Source: a virus
Length of the DNA stretch: 64,000 nt
Strand: one strand, 5' to 3'
Virus record (IMG/VR): IMGVR_UViG_3300047368_000324
Coordinates: 1 to 64,000 of that record
Both the position numbers and the translations under genes were made by a program. The notes beneath the pieces were generated by a model, which made no database searches, was not told the DNA's origin, and saw only the letters and a list, made by a program, of their open reading frames with translations. This document shows positions 30,990-40,400 of the stretch, piece by piece (the first letter of the stretch is position 1; every line of letters begins with the position of its first letter).

Positions 30990-31481
30990 ATGTTTGATAT
31001 AGAAAATTTAACTACAGATAAAAGTCTCGGATATATTAGAGAAATTCATCATACAGATATTAATATTTTGATGTCCGATTTAATTGATGAAGACCGATCG
31101 TCTGCTATTGCCAATGGATACAGAAATCACCTTGAAATGATTGCTAAAACAGTCATGCATTCTGAGTCTGCTTACAGCATAATTGACCCAGAAGGAAGAT
31201 TTTGTTCTGCTTTTGGTTTTATTCCAGTTACCAAAAAAGATAGTGCTTTAGTGTGGTTATTGAGTTGTAATAATTATTTTCTTAATAAAAATAAAATAAA
31301 TGTATCTAAAAGATTATTGGATTTATCTAATAGCGTCCTGGATCAAGTTAATAAGAAATATTCACATATTATATGCAATGTAGAAAAAGGCAATAGCTTT
31401 GCCGCAAGAAGAACTAAATTAATGGGTTTTAAAAAATCTCGGGAACTTAGCCGTGTAGATGAATATATTCGAGAGGCTTAA
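30990..31481 (+). CDS. GNAT-fold protein (T7 gp13/DUF2833-like)
   Basis: AFGFIP...ALVWLL, IICNVEKGNSFAARRTKLMGF; directly upstream of the giant virion-like gene. Confidence 0.5.
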   Translation: MFDIENLTTDKSLGYIREIHHTDINILMSDLIDEDRSSAIANGYRNHLEMIAKTVMHSESAYSIIDPEGRFCSAFGFIPVTKKDSALVWLLSCNNYFLNKNKINVSKRLLDLSNSVLDQVNKKYSHIICNVEKGNSFAARRTKLMGFKKSRELSRVDEYIREA

Positions 31482-31483
31482 AA

Positions 31484-34400
31484 ATGGGTTCTAGCGGATA
31501 TCAGATTAACGAACTCGAAGGAGGGTATTCTCCAACAATTTCTGAGAAAGGTATTGATATATACGGAGGTCCCAGGGGTTCCTTGGCTGGAACGCTTCCA
31601 ACATGGATCGCGTGGTGGGTTGCGAATTACAGATATACTCCTGGACATATCGTATACATGCCTGGCGTTTACAACGCAGATGGCAGCAATGGAACTTACT
31701 ATGACACCAATGGGATGTCCTCAAGGAGGGAAGAGATTGCTTACTCTCAGGACATTCAAGCTGTAAACCTTCAGGAAGGCGGAGACCTTGTTGGTGGAGA
31801 CATGGGACGCGCCGGAAGTGAATATTCTACTGGGTCGAATAAAAGGCAATATTTTGAATACGGTGCACATACTTTATGGGTTAAATTATTTGGCGAACCA
31901 GATAATAGTTCAACTAATGATTCTTCGCTGTTAACTGACCAAGACTTTTTTAACGTTACAAAACGAAGACGAAATGGATGGTATTGTTTTTATGAGTTAA
32001 TGAGTGAAGTTGACCCTCAGGGCAGTGGCCAGCTTGAAATTGCTTTTCCTCAAGGAAATAGTGTGAACAATAACACTTGGAATAATACAAAAAAAAGATA
32101 TTCTATCGTTGTTGGCAATAAAGAGACCTTGAAAGTGGTCTATGGCTCTTGGGGCGAGGATTTATTTAGACAAATTTCATGCGAACCAGGAAGTACAACG
32201 GAAATCAAAGTTAAGCATGACGAGACAGTTTTAAATATGTGCGATAGTTTTATTTTATTCGCCGCTGTAGTTGCTGCGAATACGGGTGGTGATTTAGATT
32301 TAATTAATTTTGTCGTTTGTAAAAGTGTGTTAAGATCTTCTGGCACTATTGAGCAAAATTTAGAAACTTCTCCTGTTGAAGTTGCAATTTTACCTTCTGA
32401 TAAAGTTTCAATTGGGGGTAATGTACTCAGAAGTCCTCAAGAGGTTCCGGTTAGAGATATGGTTGACCCCAGTTTTAATGGGAGTTCTGATTTCTTCCAA
32501 GACGAAAATGGGCAAGATGAAACTGCGACAATGGTTTCTGCAGGCTACCCTGGAGTATTAAACCCAGAATCTATTTTTCGTGCAGCGCAAAAATCTAGTG
32601 ATTTCGATGGTACCATAACAAGAATAGCTCAAGGAAACACGGCGGCTAGCGAGGTAATAATGAATGACGCTGACTTAGATGACGACCATTTATATCTAGA
32701 CAAACTAAAGTTTGGCAAAGTCCCTGCATATGACCCTAGGTTTGGAGAAGCATCTAGCTCATTAAATAGTTTTATTAGTTCTGTCTATAATTTTTCCCTT
32801 CCGATGTCTACTAGCTCAAGTATTGATTTCTGGCAATCTGGCCAATTTTACAAAGTAGGCAAGGCTGTTAGGTTTTCTCCGAATCAGTCTGAGTATTCAA
32901 AATCCGAAGCAAATCGAACGATTAAAGATGTCATATGGGTAAGTAGAAAAGACCATGCTTCTACATCAAGCAATAAGCCTCCAATGGGGGCGGGGTCAGG
33001 TATGCCTTCTGATTTTGAAAATGAATGCTGGAGATCTTATGGAGTTTTGGCTAATCAACCGAATTCATCATTGTTACAATTGAATGATGTCTACAGGGAT
33101 TCGGAAGTTTTTGTTGGAGGTTTAATTATCAATAAGTCTCCAGATGAAATCTTATCAATAAGTGGTGAAATGGTCGACCGCGCTCTACTTGGTTCCGAGC
33201 GAAGAATTAGAATGTCTGAAATGACAGGAGGTTCTAGATTATATGCGAGCTTGACTATATCTCCTGCTAAAAAGTTTAAAGTCAAATATTACAGAAAAAG
33301 AAATAGTTGGGGCAGACGTTCTAGCGTAACGTTTAGATTTCCGCCCGCAGTAGAAGATGCTGCGGCTGCAGATTTATGGTTATATGCAAATAATTTTAGA
33401 AGAGATCACGCGGGTTCAATAAATTTTGCCGTAACTTTTGTTACGCATACGAGTTTTGTATGGGCTCAAGCGAAGAAACGCAGGAGCTCATTTTTTGGAA
33501 TCTTATTGGGTGTTGCATTGGCGGTTGTTGGCATTTTGAATCCAGCGCTGTTTTTGACCGCAGGAATGCAGTGCGCAGCATATGGCTTCGGGGGAGGTTT
33601 AGCGCTGGGAGCCTTAGGTGGAGCTGTTGGGTTGGGCGTGGGCACCGCATTAGGCGCTAGTGCAGAAGCTGTTTATGCCAACTTGGGAAAAGGGGTTGGC
33701 CGAAAAAAAGCTTTCACAAGAAGTTCTTTCTCTCAAGTTATTAGTAAGATTGCAAATGATGCTCCGTCCGCAAATTATGTATTAGATAGAGGTTCCGCTC
33801 CAGAAAATGGCATGGTTATTGGACGTAATAGCTCAGATGTGTCAAGTATGTATGATACTAATCTAGGAGGTAGTAATGCAAATGTACAATCTGAAAATGA
33901 TATAATTCGTTTTAATTTTGGTAACCTTTATCCATATTTATATGAGAGTAAATATGGTAATACAATTCATGTATCTGGTCAGTATCAATTTTTAATACAA
34001 GACTTAAATTCTGCTAGCGCAATTAAGATTGCTTTTAATTATGAGGAGATAAGTCGTAGAGGTGGTAGGGGCGCCGTTGATAGCTTTGGCAATACATTTT
34101 CGGGGTATCCAGCTGGGACACCCGAAGGTAGTCATGCAGGCGCAAATTCAACGCTATGGAGTCAATATCGAAATGCCGCGAATGAGATTGTAAATGGTAA
34201 CGCGAGTAGTACTGGTAATTTAAAATTAATATCTACTAAAAACTATTTTAATTATTTATTAATTGGACCCGAAAACATAAGAGATGATTTGGACCCCTTA
34301 AAAGCTTTGGTTATGTGGTCAATGGATTTGAGTGACGCTCAATTTAGCGCACTAGTCGGCATGATTCAAACAGGCTTTCGAGATTTAACATTTAACTCCA

Positions 34401-37400
34401 GCGGTTCCTTTTCTGATCAAGATGGGCTTAGTGATTATAAGGAAATTTATACATCTAATCCACCTATAGCTGCTGCAGAAAATGTAGCAGCCACAGGTTA
34501 CCAACTAGAAATATCAAACAATACCATAACACACGTTAAGGAGGATAAAACAAACGGTCGGAGGGTAAAAATCCTTAAGAGCGTTGGCGAATCCCAGGGA
34601 ATGAGCAGAGAAGATATGGAAGTCTTGGCTAAAGGGCTTGCTCCTGGAGAATTTTTGCTTGGAAAAGATTTAGAGAATTCTACGCCACAATATATAAACT
34701 TTTTAAAATCTTCAGCTCTTTCTGGAGCGAAAGAATGGACTTCAATAAATAACGGAGTTAAAATAAATGGCGGAGACGTCATACAAAATGGACAAGATTT
34801 TTACTTTGTTAATGCAACCTTTATCAAGAATAATCAAAACCTATCTGACGTTGCGACTTTAGTTCCAAGATCTTCTTCTCAAATATATACCGCCGATTCA
34901 TTCTCTCCGAGTTTAACACTGGTTAAACAATGGCAAAAAATGCTTGAGTCTCCATATTATACCGAGCAGACAAATGACCGTTCTGCCTCTTATTACCTTG
35001 CGGGTAGGAAGTTAGACTTTTCTTTCGTTGTAAAAGAAAGTGCAGACCCTTCTTTATTTAATCTATTTTTCTTTGGATTCTCGGATTATATTCCAAATTT
35101 TGCCTCAGCAAATATGGATACATATGAAATTGATAGCGTTGCCCAGCTACCGATGATTAAAGATTCAAAGGATTTGACTGGAGATTATATTGGTAATGGA
35201 TCAACTCAATTTGTTCGTGACGATGCAACTTATACTACTAAACATGTTTTTAGATTAAAAGACAATATTCCTCGAACAGCAGAGCTTCCTGTTGGCGCAA
35301 TCCCTGGTTTTAAATCAGAGCTTTCTTGGGAGTACTTAGGTTCGCCTTCTGATCTTACTCCATCAGTCATATCAGAATGGACGCTACCTGTCTTGAAGGA
35401 GACTGTGTCAGAATTTACTCCTGGGCAGGATGTTATAGCCACTAATAAGTTGCGCCCATTAGGTTTTTGGAAATCAGAGGCGGGCACCAAACTTTCTGGT
35501 TCGAGTATTAATGGAATAATCGAACAGCAAGAGTTTTCGCTCACGGTCAACTTCCCATGGATTAAAATGACCAGCGCGCCTAGCGATTCGACTGCTCAAT
35601 ATGTTACAACTCAAAACAAGGATGGATCTACCGTATATTTACTTTCTCCTTATAGCAAGGTGTCTGGGCAGACTTCTGGAATTAATTTAGCAGCATTTAT
35701 ACCCTCGAATATAAATGACACATGGAAGGGGTTAATGAACAATACTATTCTAAGTAGTTCTCAGACCAATTATATACTTGACGCATATCTTACGAATAAA
35801 CTTGACATATTAAGAACTTTTGAAGTTCAAGGTTTTGAGGTTTCTCATATTCAAATTGTTATTTCACCTATTACTGACTTAATCGATAAAATTGAAGTTT
35901 GGGATCCTACCGCAAATTACTCAGAAGGAGATGTTGTTCTCGTGCATCATACGAATTATAATTACCTTTCAGAAGAAACAGGTAAAATGCAAGCGGCTCA
36001 AAGCGAATTTGGGAAATTATGGTTATATGCAAGAGCCACGCGAACTATTACAAATGGAGAAAAACCTTTTCATAACGATAATCCAGAGCCTAGTGCTGCT
36101 CCAGGCAGCATGGGGGAATTGGGCGAAGTAATATTACCTGTCGATACAAAATATTGGGAATGCTGTACTGCAAGAGAAGGTTCTACTGTAGACAGTATAA
36201 CAAGCGGATTGGGCGCAAAAAAATTAGCAAAATCTTGTTACGGAACCGATTTAGACGTCAAGACCTATACTGTTTCGATGGGAGAAGCGGATACGTTTAC
36301 GCAGCCAGGCAGAAGCCAAAAAACTACCGAAATTTACATACCCCAACAAAGAGGAATTTACAATAAAAATGTTTCTATGGATTTTAGTTCCCCTAAAAAT
36401 TTAATTTTTACAACAACAATATCTCCTGAAGCTAAAATTGTTGGACGATTACCTTCAAGCGCCGTGGCGTATACAAATGAAGGAGGAACCTGGCCTGGAA
36501 CCCTTAACCAGAAAGATACGCAATATCTTGAGCCTAGTGATTATGCAAATTTATACGAAGAGAATCCTTTGATTAATTTATTTTTAAGAAGAAGCGTTAA
36601 TGCTGGGGCAAGATGGAGTAATTGGATTGATGGAATCATGACGAGCGGGCAGGATGCTGAAATATATAAAAAGATTACATACTCTCAAGGGGATGAATAT
36701 CAAAAATTTGAGACAATGCCTACTGTTGAGCTCGCTGTATCTAAGGATTCTGGAAGTACTTTTGAAGAGTTCGTTGCTAAAAGAGAATTTGACGAAAACT
36801 ATCCAGTTTTTCATAAGGGTTTTGATATACCAGTCGGAATTAAGGCAACGATATCAAATGCGCTAGGTATAAATGACAGCCCTTCTAATTCAGTTGGATC
36901 AAATTTATATGGCTATATAAGCTGTTTATATAACCCAGGAACAGAAGTAGTAGGTGGAGCGTCAGGTTTAATAAATTTTATTGGAGAAGGGACTGGTTCA
37001 GAAAACGTTAAGTTAAAGAATTGGAGTGGGACAGATATAGGAAATTCTACTGCGGCTGATTTTTATGAAACTATCGCCACAGATGATGAAAGTGGGCTTT
37101 TGCAATACGGACCCCAAACTATATCAGACGAACTAACTTTACATTCACTAAATGGAATCAATCGAACGAATTATACACCAGCATTTAAAATATTTCTTCC
37201 TGAGACATCAAGTTCAAGGAATCCTCTTGATCTGTGTGTTCAGAAATGCGTATTAATACTTGGAACAAGAGACTCAAATGACGGCTTGACACACAACCGT
37301 ACAAAAATTAAAAACTTCGTATCTGGAAGTGGTATAGATTTCCATTTTGATAACTGGTTTGCTATCCCCGCTGGACAAAATTCATATGTAGATCAATCCG

Positions 37401-40400
37401 GTAACACTTGGCCAGCCACTGACCAAATTGACAAATTTGGAGAAGAAGACAATGAGTTTATAAAAATAAAATCTAATTTAAACACCCTAACCGAGGCATT
37501 GTACGCTTTATCTGATGTCGTTGGAGCCTCTACAACCCATAACAATAATTTCATAGATCTAAGTACGACGCAAACCCATTATCACGGTTCGGCAAATCCT
37601 TTTACTAATTTTGATGAAGTGGGAGTGGGTTACTTGACAAACATATTAAGGGGCGCAGGGGAATTTATTGGCGCAAAAGCCAATGCAAGTTTTAACAATA
37701 GCGGAACTTACATCGGGGGAGTAGGTTTAACTCAAACTACGGTAACTTCTACAGAATTTATGTCAATCTCTCAACCCGCGTTTGAAGATAAGGGTGTGCA
37801 TGGAAAACCTGAAGGTTCATATAACATGTATATGTATAATGATTCAAATTATACCTTCCAAATTGATACAGCTATACCCGCTTTATTATATAAGAAATAT
37901 ACTAATATCAATGACTCAAATGACGTGGTTAATAAAAACTATTACGATTTACTTCTTGATGATAACTGTCCTGGAGGAGGCGACTCCAAGGCAGATTTTA
38001 CGGAAGATTACGTTTTTAACGCCGAAATCAAACTTTTGAAGAATTATTTAATGGTGGGCGAGATATCGCATTATGATTCTAATTTTCAAGAAGCTGATGG
38101 ATATAAAGGTAGAGTTTTTCTAACCAGGTCAGAGCTAGGGGATCCTGTTAATAACGATACAGTAACAATTAAAATTGATGATGGAATCAATTGTCCTCAT
38201 GGAGCTAATTTAAAAACATTGAATTTAAGTTATAAGTTAATTGACCCTCCTAACTTGAGTAGTATAGCCAATAATATAAACGGAAAACTATATTATTATG
38301 ATAATGATACTCATGTTTATAGCTTTGGCGTAAGTTTTCCTGTTGCAAGTGAATTTGGAGGAAGGCTTGTTATTCAAGATGGTATTGGTCCTGATTTAAC
38401 TTTTGAATCTCAATCTGGACCTCCTGCTATAAATTATACTAGACCAGATAGCCAAGCAACCTCAGTCACGTTTACTATCGATGATGGGGTTCCTCACGGG
38501 TTTGGCGTTGCGAGAACGGGCGCCGCATATCACAATTTAATTTATCCAGGCGGATTTAATCCTGTACAAAGCTTTCCAGTTGTAACAATTGCGGATGTTG
38601 CTATCGAAGGATCACTTGGTGTTAGCGGAGATGGTTATATTGCCAATAAAGTTGTCGGGGTTTTTCCTGACATGACCATTGTTCAAATAAACAAGCAGTA
38701 TATTTACAATAATTCTGATCACGAATACAAAGGCCTTTATATTAGTATGCCCGCGTTTAATATCGCAGACACTACAGATAGAGGCCTCTTTGTTTCAAGG
38801 TCTTCAATTTCAAACCGAGGAATATCGCGTACGCTTGAGCTCGGGTATCCTGTATTTGGTTTTGGACCAATGCATGCCAAAGCAGTGCTTCATGAAAAAA
38901 TGTTTCCACCTGATGATAGCGGTACCGCAACCCTCTCGATTCAAGATGGAACCCTGTTAGGCTCTACAAAATCAGAAGGAACTTTTGAAATACCATATCA
39001 AAGATTAGATAAAGCTTTTGGAACAATTACGGGAATTAGAACTTCTTCAACATTCAAATTATGGTCCAGCTCTCCATTGATTAACTCTGGAAATATAGAT
39101 TTAGAAGGGCTCGTAACTTGCTGGGAGCATGCAAAGGTTACAATAGAAACTTCAACTAGTGAAGCTATTGAAATTCAAGACGATTTGATTCAAGAATCTG
39201 CAGGTTTTACAAATTTCCGCTGGAACTTCACGGACTACGATTTAAGCCAGAGTATTAATTCTCAAGCTGATCTTATTGATGGTCTTTATGTAACTATTTT
39301 AGATAGAAGCCGAGGCTCTACCGAAGGGGTAGACACCTGGGAAACTTTTAATTATACTGTTGCCGAAGCGATTGATTTGTTTTTTGAGAGTGGAGAGTAC
39401 CAATATAACTACAATACAGCAAAAAAAGATCTACCAACTGACCCTTTAACGAGAAAGCGTTTTTCCGTACAAATTAAAGCAAAACAAGGTTCACCCGAAA
39501 AACTTGTAGTTGATGATCAACTTCTAAAAGACGGAGGTTGGACACATAGCGCAAACATATCCCTTGGTTCTATTGGCGACTCTGCCGAGGCTCCAATTTA
39601 TACAAACCTCACTCAGTCTTTTAAATACCCTGAGGAGTCTAATAACGTCGTAGTCAATAGAATGGGCGGACAATTTAACATTGCTGACGGAGACAGAAGG
39701 TACACTTCAGTAAACTCAGCATTAATGTATTCTAGCTATGCAACCCTAAGGTCTATGATTATTAATTATAATCCTGATTCTACTGGCAAAATATATTATA
39801 CAAAATTTATAAATGATAGCCCGAATAGAGTTCCTTATTCTGGTTTTAGGTCAAAAATAAAATATGATCCGTCTAGACCAGGAATGAACGAGCCTAATAT
39901 TTGGATGGATCGCTCAAGCTTTGTCAAAAGCGGCATCGATGTAGACGAATACACAACATCCGCTTCTAGTAATGGGGCGATTGATCTATGCCCAAATTCA
40001 ATAACAACATTTATATGGGGCAGTAAGGCAAAATGGCTAACTCATGAGGATGAAAACCCTGAGACGGATTCCTCTCCAAGCGAATTTGATGGAGATAATT
40101 TTGTGGTTTGGAATTCCGAATCATATTACGGCTCGCAAGATTGGGAGGTTATTGGCCGAAGTAATAAAGGAGGAAGCGATAAGAGTTACTTTCACCTTCC
40201 TAGTTGGATTCCTACATTTACAGCTAATCAAGACTGGTTTCAAACAAACAGAATTCCTGGTTGGAGCTTAACAACCCCCCATTTGTCTTTTATAAATAAT
40301 TATGAAAATTTTCAAAGTTACGGAGCAAGTGGTGCGACTAATTTTTGTAATATAATAAAAAATGGAACTGCTGTCTGGGGAGGATTAAGTCTATCTGACG